Assembly: GCA_030606485.1 (NCBI GenBank)
Contig: JAUWGH010000010.1
Coordinates: 1-32,000, forward strand
Origin: Promethearchaeota archaeon
Lineage (GTDB): Archaea > Asgardarchaeota > Lokiarchaeia > Sigyniarchaeales > SOKP01
Length of the DNA: 32,000 nucleotides
Reading direction: 5' to 3'
Positions within the stretch are counted from its first letter, which is position 1, and each line of letters opens with the position of its first letter. Position numbers and translations under genes: made by a program. The notes beneath the pieces were generated by a model, which did no database searches, was not told the origin of the DNA, and worked only from the letters and a program-made list of their open reading frames with translations. Shown here one piece after another: positions 18,580 through 27,457 of this stretch.

Positions 18580-20148
18580 ATGCTGAATAACAAAGAATCG
18601 AGAAATTATATTTTATCTTTAATTTTAGCGATTTTTTTATTGTTCCCATTTATTTCCATCCAGAAAGCAATAGATTATCAAGAAATTAATGAAGATGAAC
18701 AATTTGATTTGTTTAATCATAAAAATAATCTAATATATTCTGGTTATAGGAATCTTCCCCATAAAATACATATTAATAATAATTGGACTGTAACAAAATC
18801 TACATACGATTGGTGTTCCGGATCAGGAACTTGGAGCGACCCTTACATTATCGAAAATGTGATTATAAACGCCGGTAATTCAGGAAGTTGTATATTAATT
18901 GAAAATTCGAATGTTTGTTTTAAAATCAAAAACTGTATTTTAAAAAATTCAGAATGGGCAAACTCTCATGCAGGAATCAAATTAGCTAATACAAAGAATG
19001 GGCAACTTATTGATAATGATTGTTCTAATAATAATGGCTATGGAATATCTTTATTGAAAAGTGATAATAACACTATTTCAAATAATATTGCTAATTTCAA
19101 TAACGGTAATTCAATATATTTGGAGGATTGTGATAATAATACCATCTCCGAAAATACATTAAATTATAACGGGTGTGGAATGTTCTTATGGAAGATAAAT
19201 AATAATAAAATCTCAAGAAATATTGTAAATTACAATAGAGAAGGAATGGTTTTAAGTGATGGCAATAAAAATTATATCTCTGAGAACACCGTGAGTTACA
19301 ATGAAGAACGTGGAATACGTATTTCTTTTTGTGATTATAGCACAATCACAAGAAATAATGCAACTAATAATGAACATTCTGGTATATCTACAACTAATGG
19401 AGACAATAATGTCGTTTCAAATAACACCTTTAATATGAATAACGATGGGATTGTAATCGGGTGGTGTCAAAATAACACTATTTCAAGAAATACGGCTAGT
19501 AAAAATAAGAGATATGGAATACTTATATACGAACAGGCTTATCAAAATAGTATCTCAAATAATTCAATGTATGAGTGTAGCGTAGGAATCTTTGCGGATA
19601 TCGACCTAATTTCTGGAAATAATATTGATAATTCAAATTTAATAAATGGAAAGCCCTTATATTTTTATACCAATGAAAAATCTTTAGGATCCAATAATTT
19701 TACTAATGCAGGGCAAATAATTCTAATCAAATGTAATGATTCATTAATATCAAACTTAGAATTATCCAAAGGATCAAAAGGAATTTCCTTATATCATTGT
19801 AAAAATATCTTGATCTCAAATAATAGTGTATCAAACAATATTTTTTGTGGTATATTTATAAAACATAGTAATAATAATACAATTTTGGATAACACTATAA
19901 AAGACAATTACTATGGAATATGTTTATGGTTTAGTAATTATAATAATATATCTGGGAATATATTGATAAATAATCTTTTTGGTATAGATGAATCTGATAG
20001 TTCGGGGAATATAATAGAAAATAACCAATTTATTCCTACAATACCAGGATATAATGTTTGCATTCTAATCGCTGCAATTTTCGTTATTTTAATAATCATT
20101 ATTATTAAAACACGTTTTAAATTTGATTCCAAATTAATTTTTATTTAA
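18580..20148 (+). CDS. NosD/CASH-like parallel beta-helix surface protein with Loki-CTERM-type anchor
   Basis: N-terminal hydrophobic signal, GSGTWSDPYIIEN motif, many GIxLxxSxNNTIxxN repeats, and C-terminal IPGY + TM + KTRFK. Confidence 0.9.
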   Translation: MLNNKESRNYILSLILAIFLLFPFISIQKAIDYQEINEDEQFDLFNHKNNLIYSGYRNLPHKIHINNNWTVTKSTYDWCSGSGTWSDPYIIENVIINAGNSGSCILIENSNVCFKIKNCILKNSEWANSHAGIKLANTKNGQLIDNDCSNNNGYGISLLKSDNNTISNNIANFNNGNSIYLEDCDNNTISENTLNYNGCGMFLWKINNNKISRNIVNYNREGMVLSDGNKNYISENTVSYNEERGIRISFCDYSTITRNNATNNEHSGISTTNGDNNVVSNNTFNMNNDGIVIGWCQNNTISRNTASKNKRYGILIYEQAYQNSISNNSMYECSVGIFADIDLISGNNIDNSNLINGKPLYFYTNEKSLGSNNFTNAGQIILIKCNDSLISNLELSKGSKGISLYHCKNILISNNSVSNNIFCGIFIKHSNNNTILDNTIKDNYYGICLWFSNYNNISGNILINNLFGIDESDSSGNIIENNQFIPTIPGYNVCILIAAIFVILIIIIIKTRFKFDSKLIFI

Positions 20149-20196
20149 TAATGGAATCTAATTAATTATTTGCCATATAAAATGATTATATAAGTA

Positions 20197-20508
20197 TTAA
20201 GAATTAATATCTCTTATTATTCTAGTTCTTATTATTGTATAGATACAAATGATCAGAACAACACACATAGTTATAATAACTGATAAATTAAACACAAACA
20301 TTTGAAAGTAGAATGTTCCATCATATCTATAAATATAAGGTATATATGAAATCAACATAAAAATTCCATTAATTAATATCATTGGGGTAAAAATAACTCC
20401 TATTAAAGCCAAAATAAATATAAATAACATTTGTTTTTGATTTAGAGTAAATCCAAACCATGTAGCTTTTTTGCTGGTTTTGTTCCTATCTGAATTTTTT
20501 TCAACCAT
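20197..20508 (-). CDS. Small two-TM membrane protein
   Basis: 103 aa with two long hydrophobic segments; GAAAGGAG upstream of the ATG on the minus strand. Confidence 0.75.
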   Translation of the reverse strand: MVEKNSDRNKTSKKATWFGFTLNQKQMLFIFILALIGVIFTPMILINGIFMLISYIPYIYRYDGTFYFQMFVFNLSVIITMCVVLIICIYTIIRTRIIRDINS

Positions 20509-20798
20509 GCAATTAACTCCTTTCTGTAATCTTTAAATAAATTATTCTTTAAATATACTTCTTTCTATCCTTACTTTAATTATATTACTATTTAAATATT
20601 TAAATCATCGCTAGAATAATAGTAATTAATTCTTCAAATGAGATATACATCGCTGAGAATACTAACCATCCCGATAAAGATCTTCAGAGTAAATTTTTTT
20701 TTAAATATAATAGTTTAGGTGTTTCACAAAGAAAGCTCCAACACTTATGGAGTAATAATTTTTGCTAAAAATTATCTACAGTCACTCAAATTTTAATA

Positions 20799-21222
20799 CT
20801 AAATATTAAACATTCTATAAGGTACACCGAAGAAGATTTCACCCCCAATGATACTCTTAATTTTATTCCGAGTAGTAATTGTATCATAATAAATAAGTAA
20901 TTTTCCCTTTCCATCACATGGTTTATTTATTTCAACCCAAACAAATCCAGGACTTGTATTTTCAATGGATGTAATAATATCCTGATGTTCTTCAATTGTT
21001 TTTCTCACAGCCCAATACTTGGAAGTTCTTCACAGGAAGGCCCTAAATTATTAGCATAAATCATATAAGGCCCATAGAACAGAATAATAAACGACATACT
21101 TCCAAATACAATTAAATGTATTGTTAGGGTATAAAAAAGCGTTGTTTTTTTCTTCCCTTTGAAGATTTATTATTTTGAAAAAGAGGATTTAAATGTGATT
21201 TCTTTGAAGAATCTTCAGACAT
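20799..21222 (-). pseudogene. Doubly frameshifted (or mis-assembled) single-TM protein gene ending FFGVPYRMFNI
   Basis: AGGAAGGAG precedes ATG 21222. Three consecutive frames join if one base is added at the A7 run (21145-21151) and one at the G3 run (21011-21013), giving MSEDSSKK...RKKTTLFYTLTIHLIVFGSMSFIILFYGPY...CEELPSIGAVRKTIEEHQDII...PCDGKG...FFGVPYRMFNI. Confidence 0.6.
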
Positions 21223-21319
21223 ATAACTCCTTCCTAGGTTAAAATTTTCGAAAAAGCCATAAAATAGAAGATGGATTGAATAGTACCAATATTTAAGTAA
21301 TACAACAATAAAAATTTAC

Positions 21320-21502
21320 TCAATTATTCTTTTTTACTTTCACTTTCTCATAAATGGTAAGAAAATTCAGATGATATATAAGTGCTTTTAAGAATTCTTT
21401 CCGTTCAAGTTTAATTACTCCCAAAGTAAAGTATAATAACCCAAAATTTGGTTCTATTTTTGTTGCTTCTAGAATAGATTTTAAATTAAAAGAGAAATAC
21501 AC
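21320..21502 (-). CDS. Short TPR-like peptide, possibly a gene remnant
   Basis: ATKIEPNFGLLYFTLGVIKLERKEFLKAL fits one TPR unit; only 60 aa. Confidence 0.35.
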   Translation of the reverse strand: MYFSFNLKSILEATKIEPNFGLLYFTLGVIKLERKEFLKALIYHLNFLTIYEKVKVKKNN

Positions 21503-21670
21503 TTTTGGGATCGATTTAATTTGATTAATTTAATATTAAGACTTAAATAAATTAAATTATTTTCTTTTGATAAAAATAATTTGGAAATTAATATTCCTTT
21601 GTGTATTTATTTTAAATTTAATCCTATAAAAAATTGTGGTGTTTTTTGTTCTACTTTTCTATTTAATAAT

Positions 21671-22021
21671 TTAAAAATCTAAATTATGATTAAAAGTGGG
21701 AAGAGATATACTAGTTAAAAAAAATGGTGATATGAAATAAAGGAATTTCGATTTGTCGTTCATTTTTTTACCGTCTCTCGCTATCCTGCCAAGGAGATTA
21801 TGCTTATACAAATCACTAACTGAATTATCCAAGATATTTTCATTAATATTAATTCCTTTTATGAAAGACATTTCTCCATTTACATTCAATTTAAAGTCTT
21901 GGTTTATCTCCCTACTAGATGCTCGATATAACGGATTTATGTCATAAACTTCATTGAATTTTAATAAAACTTTAAGCTTAGGGGTGAGGGATAAATGCAT
22001 TCTTATTTTTTTTTCACTCAT
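21671..22021 (-). CDS. Hypothetical protein, possible winged-helix DNA-binding
   Basis: LTPKLKVLL...SSREIN...LDNSVSDLYKHNLLGR...KFLYFIS has wHTH-like spacing. ATG 22021 preferred over TTG 22030. Confidence 0.5.
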   Translation of the reverse strand: MSEKKIRMHLSLTPKLKVLLKFNEVYDINPLYRASSREINQDFKLNVNGEMSFIKGININENILDNSVSDLYKHNLLGRIARDGKKMNDKSKFLYFISPFFLTSISLPTFNHNLDF

Positions 22022-22384
22022 TTTAGACAAGATCCATTTTTTAAAAAAATTATAAAATAAAGGTATTTAAATAAAAAATATTGATCGGATACAAAATTCA
22101 GTGATGACTGACAGGTTAATTCAATTGAAAATTAGATCTCGAACAAACGATTAAGGAAATTTTAAATTAATCCAATAAAAATTTTAATAAGAAAAATAAT
22201 TTTCTATTTGTTCTGAAGATGGATTTAAATATGCCTTCCATGAAGGAGAAATATTACCCTCAATTATTTATAAATTTTAATCTTTTTATCAAGGGATTCT
22301 CTGAATTCACAGACATTTTTGTAAAGATTGATTAAATTGAATTCGCCAAAACCAGTCTCTTTATCCAAGTTAGGAAATAGAATA

Positions 22385-22392
22385 TTTAAATA
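22385..22392 (+). promoter_or_regulatory. Putative archaeal TATA box
   Basis: TTTAAATA preceded by purine-rich GGAAATAGAA (BRE-like), about 26 nt before ATG 22418. The motif is common in AT-rich DNA. Confidence 0.3.
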
Positions 22393-22405
22393 ATTAATTC
22401 CCTAT

Positions 22406-23179
22406 ATGATCCATAGCATGTTCCAAATCTTTATTTTGGACGTTCAATTGGAGTTCTTATCGTTTCTTATATTCATTGCATTATTAACCGGAGAATTTTT
22501 AATTCTTTTTATATATTATGTTAAAGGAGGATTTCAAAAAGAAAATACAAAATCTGGCCTAAATTTTTTAATTTTGATTTTTTATTTTATTTATTTTGGT
22601 CTAAGTTTCATAAATCTATTTATTTTTATAATATCATTTAGTATTACCTTTTATTGGACCTCTTATATCTATGTAAAATCCGAATTTTCAAATAAAAATG
22701 ATGGTTTATTGCAAATTAATTATTATTGGTCTTTGGTTTTCTTTTATATGCTTTATCTTTATTTTAAAATTTTTAATTCTAATACTCCTAATGAACTTAT
22801 ATTCTCTTCAATTATTCAAATGATGTTTGTACTAACGGGCTATTATCTGTTTAATCGTTATTTATTTAATAAAAAAAAAGCAGTTTCTTTTAGAAACAAA
22901 GCTCGTGAAGAATTAGGCAAAAAAAAATATGAAGAGGCATTAAATTTCCTTAAAGAAGCAGTTCAGGCTTCAAATAATATAATCGGCATAACAAAACTAG
23001 AGACTCAACTGGAGATAGAATTTAAAAATATGGAAACTACTATTAAAGAAGGTAATTTTAAAAATCTTGAAAACATATTACCTGAAATTATTAATCAGAA
23101 GACTCAAATTTTAGCATATTTTATTATTTGTTCTATCTTAACATTTTTAATAAGTTTTTTTCTAATTTTCATTTTTTAA
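22406..23179 (+). CDS. Multi-TM membrane protein with a TPR-like cytoplasmic segment
   Basis: About five N-terminal TM helices, then RNKAREELGKKKYEEALNFLKEAV and a C-terminal TM helix; start may be ATG 22418. Confidence 0.8.
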   Translation: MIHSMFQIFILDVQLEFLSFLIFIALLTGEFLILFIYYVKGGFQKENTKSGLNFLILIFYFIYFGLSFINLFIFIISFSITFYWTSYIYVKSEFSNKNDGLLQINYYWSLVFFYMLYLYFKIFNSNTPNELIFSSIIQMMFVLTGYYLFNRYLFNKKKAVSFRNKAREELGKKKYEEALNFLKEAVQASNNIIGITKLETQLEIEFKNMETTIKEGNFKNLENILPEIINQKTQILAYFIICSILTFLISFFLIFIF

Positions 23180-23479
23180 CTATATTTAACTATATTAAAC
23201 CCCATCATTGGATTTTGTAACCACCCCAAAGTTTATATAAACAATACATCTTCACGTTTAAGCAATAAAATAAATTTATCTATCCATTAGAAGTAAAATA
23301 TAAACTAGGAATAGTAGCACTGTTTTTTAAGATATCCAATAAAATACTTGAAAAGAGATAAATCTTGGATTATAATTTTTTATTAAAAAATGATATACGG
23401 AGTTAATTTATTCCAATATATAATAAATAATTCATTATAATGAAAATCAGAAAAACAATACGGCTTAAATAATTGAAAT

Positions 23480-24286
23480 TTAAATTTCCTTTTCTTTTTT
23501 AAAAAGAAACGCAATAACAATTCCAATTGCCGGGATTAAGAATAGCAAAACTATAAAACCAATCATGTTTAAAAGAGGATCAATCAATGCTGGCTCATAA
23601 ATTATCACACCAGCAGCGTAAAAGATTAAGGCTGTAGCTATAAGTAAAGGTAAAACCATCAATTTAAAAATAACTTCAAATAAAAAGAAGCTACCAGCAT
23701 AAGTAAGAAATCCATCCTTATTTTTTATGCCATGAATTATTAAAAAAATTGCTGAGACTAAATATGGTATGCCCCAGACGAGATAATATATGGTAAATAG
23801 TATAGCTATAATATTTACGCTAATTCCTCCAAAAACAAATAAAAATGTAAATAATTCACCATTCCAGAAAATGGTGGTTAATATGTTGCTAAAAGTCCAT
23901 AAAATTCCTACAATTATCAGGTAATTTCTAAAATGTTCTCGATTTTCCTTTCCAAAAATTATAAAAAAAATTCCATAAGTCATAATGGCGGGTATACCAA
24001 ATAATAATGATCGAAAAATCTGATAACTTAGAAAAAATTGATATTCTACTGCATAATTAAAATTTATATCAGTCATAGAGATATTAGGGATTAAATATTT
24101 TATAATCTCGCAACAAATATTAATTTTTCCTGCTAATATTAATAATTTGGAGAATCGCACTTCATCTGATTGGTTCATGCCAGATTTAATTATAAATAAA
24201 TTAATTATAATTAATATAAATGTAGGTAAAGTATTTTGAAATGATAAAATGTTAATAAAATTAAATGTAATAGTTATTTTTTCCAC
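23480..24286 (-). CDS. Polytopic membrane protein (about seven TM) with internal repeats
   Basis: Hydrophobic throughout; the motif F-x-I-x2-G-x2-N...L-x2-(A/V)G recurs three times. GTG start. Confidence 0.8.
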   Translation of the reverse strand: MEKITITFNFINILSFQNTLPTFILIIINLFIIKSGMNQSDEVRFSKLLILAGKINICCEIIKYLIPNISMTDINFNYAVEYQFFLSYQIFRSLLFGIPAIMTYGIFFIIFGKENREHFRNYLIIVGILWTFSNILTTIFWNGELFTFLFVFGGISVNIIAILFTIYYLVWGIPYLVSAIFLIIHGIKNKDGFLTYAGSFFLFEVIFKLMVLPLLIATALIFYAAGVIIYEPALIDPLLNMIGFIVLLFLIPAIGIVIAFLFKKEKEI

Positions 24287-24473
24287 CCAAAACTATATTT
24301 ATAATCTTATTTTTCTCTTCTTAAAAAAGTAAAAATTATATATAAAATTTTTTGTTAGATGTTTTTTTGTTAGATTTAGCTACAAGATAAAAATGATTCA
24401 AATTAAAATTTTCTTTCAGGCTTACTGGAAAAATATTTTAAGTGAAAAAAATGAATGAAATTAAAAAAGGATT

Positions 24474-24947
24474 TTGAATGAAAAGGAAAATAATGTGAAA
24501 GAAAGGAATAAGAAAGAAAACCATAAGAGTTTTTGGAAAAACTATAAGAAAAACTGGATATGGGTTAGTATTGGATTTTGTATATGCAATACATTCATGC
24601 TATGGCTGTTATTTTTTCTTATGATTATTGATTTGATACTAGCGCTCTTTTTTACAGTTTTATTTCCTTTAATGATAATTTTAGTTTATTATGGTAGAAA
24701 ATCAATACACCAAAGGACTATATCTAAAATTATGTTGATAGGATGTGGTGGATTTGGTTTCGGTGTTATTATATGGTTTATTACCGGCTATTTACTTATT
24801 ACTGCTCCTTGGGCACCCTTACAAGCTTTACCTCCAGTGCTAAGAGGTAGAATTTTACTCCTACTTCTACTACCTTTATATGGAATTGCAGCCTATATCA
24901 TGTATAGAATAGGCAAAAAGAGAGAATGGATTCCTTATAATTACTAA
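24474..24947 (+). CDS. Four-TM membrane protein
   Basis: Lys-rich N-terminus, then four hydrophobic helices; TTG start, or ATG 24451 via a 1-nt frameshift. Confidence 0.8.
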   Translation: MNEKENNVKERNKKENHKSFWKNYKKNWIWVSIGFCICNTFMLWLLFFLMIIDLILALFFTVLFPLMIILVYYGRKSIHQRTISKIMLIGCGGFGFGVIIWFITGYLLITAPWAPLQALPPVLRGRILLLLLLPLYGIAAYIMYRIGKKREWIPYNY

Positions 24948-25035
24948 TTTAAAATATTTAAATATTTTTTTTTTTTAATATTTGTTATTAACTTTATACA
25001 TACAAAATTTTCTTTAATTCGCCCCGATAGTGTTT

Positions 25036-25998
25036 TCAAAATTCTTGCTTTGCTCTTTCTTTAAACCATTCCATAAATTTAGTGAATCTATTTTCATCTA
25101 TAATATCTTTTACTTTATATAAATGAAGATAACCATATCTGGAAAAATATATACCTAATTTTTTTATTTCGTTTTGTGATGGCATATCAGCAATTCCTCC
25201 AATTCTATATAGAGTATAATAACCAATTAATTGATTGAAATAATCTCTGTGCATTTGAAGTTTTTTTGTAGTTTTTATATCAATTAATTTATCATCAATA
25301 ACTAAATCTGCATCAGCCCCTCCAACTAGTTTTGAAGCTTTACCAAATGTCGGATTTAGCAAACATATTTCATTTGCTTTGAAAAAATCTGGATTAACTA
25401 GAGAAATAAGATTATTTAGATCCTCAATATCTTTACCATCAATATTATAACTTTTTGTTATATGACTCACCCTATAAATAGGATCTAATTTAGCAAGCAA
25501 TAATGTAGATTTTATCAGATTGTCATTTATTTGACCGTTTTTAAGAAATAAAAAATAATTTTTCTTGGCGTTTGAGATTATTTTTATTGCTTTTTGATAA
25601 TGTTTTTTGATGATTTTTATTTTTTGTTTATGATTTTTTATTGCATAACGCTTTTCTATTAATTTAAGCATTTTAAACAATTTTTCTACAACTAATTCTT
25701 TATTAACAAAAGTAAGATTTTTTAATGGTTTTCGCTTCTCTAACAATTCATTTACTTCAAGTACTAGTTCAAGCAATTTAAGTGAGCCTTCGGCAACCCA
25801 TTGCTTAGTAATAGCTTTTGTATTTAAATATTTTATATAAAATCGTAAAAGATAATCAAAAGATGTTCCAACCAATCCGTAATCTTGAGTTAAGGGGGGA
25901 CATAATATCTCTTTTTTTATATCAAATCTTGGTTTAGGATATTCTTCTCGAAATTTTTCTCTTACATCTTTTTTATTCAAAAATGAAGTTAAACTCAT
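25036..25998 (-). CDS. PD-(D/E)xK-superfamily nuclease (RecB-like motifs)
   Basis: GTSFDYLLRF; catalytic core GGADADLVIDDKLIDIKT and QLIGY (QxxxY); no Cas4-type Cys cluster. Confidence 0.75.
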   Translation of the reverse strand: MSLTSFLNKKDVREKFREEYPKPRFDIKKEILCPPLTQDYGLVGTSFDYLLRFYIKYLNTKAITKQWVAEGSLKLLELVLEVNELLEKRKPLKNLTFVNKELVVEKLFKMLKLIEKRYAIKNHKQKIKIIKKHYQKAIKIISNAKKNYFLFLKNGQINDNLIKSTLLLAKLDPIYRVSHITKSYNIDGKDIEDLNNLISLVNPDFFKANEICLLNPTFGKASKLVGGADADLVIDDKLIDIKTTKKLQMHRDYFNQLIGYYTLYRIGGIADMPSQNEIKKLGIYFSRYGYLHLYKVKDIIDENRFTKFMEWFKERAKQEF

Positions 25999-26036
25999 AA
26001 TTAAATCATCATCTCTTTTTATTATTTTTAAAGGTG

Positions 26037-26136
26037 GGACTCCTGCTACATAGAGGGGTATAGAGGGGGAGGGCGAAATGGTGTAGATTTAATTCCACAT
26101 CAACCAAAAGACAAAAATCCAGAGTAGCAGGAATCC
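26037..26136 (-). ncRNA. Putative structured RNA element, copy A
   Basis: Terminal stem GGATTCCTGCTAC/GTAGCAGGAGTCC (13 bp, one G-U on the minus strand) encloses an inner hairpin TGG-TTGA-TGTGGA/TCTACA-CCA; homologous to 31840-31946. Confidence 0.5.
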
Positions 26137-26146
26137 TTTTTTAATT

Positions 26147-26365
26147 TTATTTTTTGTTTTGAATTTCCTCTAATTTGTCTATTTTATATTTCATTTCCAT
26201 TAAAAAATTATTAATTTCGCTTAATTCCTTATCGGAAAGATATTTTATTGCATTTTCAAATTCTGGATATATTTTTCCAGATAATTTCCTCATAGTTGGA
26301 ATTATGTTGTAAATTCTAAAACTTAGATTAATTTGTTTATTATCTTTTGAATTATTTTCATTCAT
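26147..26365 (-). CDS. Small hypothetical helical protein
   Basis: 72-aa ATG ORF, co-oriented in a tight cluster; coiled-coil-like C-terminus. Confidence 0.6.
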   Translation of the reverse strand: MNENNSKDNKQINLSFRIYNIIPTMRKLSGKIYPEFENAIKYLSDKELSEINNFLMEMKYKIDKLEEIQNKK

Positions 26366-26388
26366 TTAACTTCAGAATTTTCCCTTTC

Positions 26389-26634
26389 TTATTCATTCAA
26401 TACATTTTCGCAGATTTCTAAGGCTCTTTTGAAATTTATATCACTCTCATCAATTGAATTAAAATCAATCTCACCGTAGTTAATATATTTACCTTTGATT
26501 TTATCTAAAATCTGAAAATAGATTTTATGCTTGTATTGTATTATTTCTCCCTCAATTCTTTCAATTGTTTTTATGTTTAATTCTTTAAAATCCGTAATAA
26601 TGTAAAAAAACACATTTTTTCTTTTATTTTTCAT
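26389..26634 (-). CDS. Small hypothetical protein
   Basis: 81-aa ATG ORF; GGAAG directly upstream; 23 bp from the next gene. Confidence 0.6.
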   Translation of the reverse strand: MKNKRKNVFFYIITDFKELNIKTIERIEGEIIQYKHKIYFQILDKIKGKYINYGEIDFNSIDESDINFKRALEICENVLNE

Positions 26635-26674
26635 AAAATCTTCCTTATTTTAATTCCTAATAAAAAAAGATATA

Positions 26675-26989
26675 TTAAATTAATGATTCTACAAATTCTA
26701 ATAAAATCTTACTTGTTTTATGTTCTTCCCCTGATAGAATAGAAGAATCTAATAAATTTGTTAAAGCTTTTCTTATTATTTTAAATTCTTTATCGTCAAA
26801 TAATAGATTTCTCCTATCATAGACAATATAATTTTTAGTTATATCCGATTGAATGTCATTTATTTGTATTTTGATATTATTTTTAATAATTTTCGATTGA
26901 ATATCATTTACTTGGTTTTTTAATGCAATAAACATTTTATCTATTTTTTCACTTAATATTAAGCAAAAATGGCTCATTGATTCGGGCAT
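26675..26989 (-). CDS. Small hypothetical protein
   Basis: 104-aa ATG ORF, first of the minus-strand cluster. Confidence 0.6.
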   Translation of the reverse strand: MPESMSHFCLILSEKIDKMFIALKNQVNDIQSKIIKNNIKIQINDIQSDITKNYIVYDRRNLLFDDKEFKIIRKALTNLLDSSILSGEEHKTSKILLEFVESLI

Positions 26990-27106
26990 ATTTTTACACT
27001 TTTATTTTCTGTTATAACAATTATTATAATATTTATTATATCATTATCGAATCTTTTTAAAAAGGATGATGGTTTTTTTTATTTAATTAAAGGCGAAATT
27101 TAAAAA

Positions 27107-27280
27107 ATGAATGGAAAAACAACTAAATATTATAAATATAAACATTCTGGCTCTGGAACGATAACTATACCTATTTCTATCGCTGAAGCTTTAAATTGGA
27201 AACATAAAGATGATGTTAATCTTGTTATTAAAAACATAGATGGTAAAATAGGATTATTTATGTATAAAAAAGAAAAATAG
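27107..27280 (+). CDS. AbrB/MazE/SpoVT-like DNA-binding protein (57 aa, not in the ORF track)
   Basis: Manual translation MNGKTTKYYKYKHSGSGTITIPISIAEALNWKHKDDVNLVIKNIDGKIGLFMYKKEK; GxxxITIPxxIAxxLxWxxxDxV is the swapped-hairpin pattern. Confidence 0.75.
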   Translation: MNGKTTKYYKYKHSGSGTITIPISIAEALNWKHKDDVNLVIKNIDGKIGLFMYKKEK

Positions 27281-27457
27281 AATATAAAAAGAAAATTAAA
27301 GAAGAGAGAATAATTGAATAAAAAGGATAAGGTGGCTGAAAAACCTAAAAAAAAAAATTTTTAGAAGAAGTTGCAGATAACAACAAAAGAAATTCTGGAG
27401 CTTAGAAAGGTTAGACAAGAATGGGATAAGAGAAGATTGGAATGAATTCCAATTAAA

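Noticed and set aside
20606-20661. Imperfect direct repeat CATCGCT(A/GA)GAATA, 42 bp apart
   Set aside because: Only two copies of 13-14 nt; not a CRISPR array or a convincing operator.
22200-22400. Minus-strand fragments resembling a subtilase C-terminus (DKETGFGEFNLINLY)
   Set aside because: Multiple stops and frame changes; no catalytic motifs.
25036-25998. Cas4 or CRISPR association of the nuclease
   Set aside because: No Fe-S Cys cluster, no cas genes and no repeat-spacer array in the window.
26037-26136. Element A as a tRNA or SECIS
   Set aside because: No cloverleaf or T-loop consensus; no tandem GA quartet on both strands of the hairpin, and the upstream gene has no in-frame TGA.
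27362-27364. TAG recoding (pyrrolysine or alternative code) suggested by in-frame TAGs in small ORFs
   Set aside because: TAG is a normal stop for the ABC ATPase, the Zn-ribbon gene and the AbrB-like gene; similar remnants are broken by TAA, so decay explains them.
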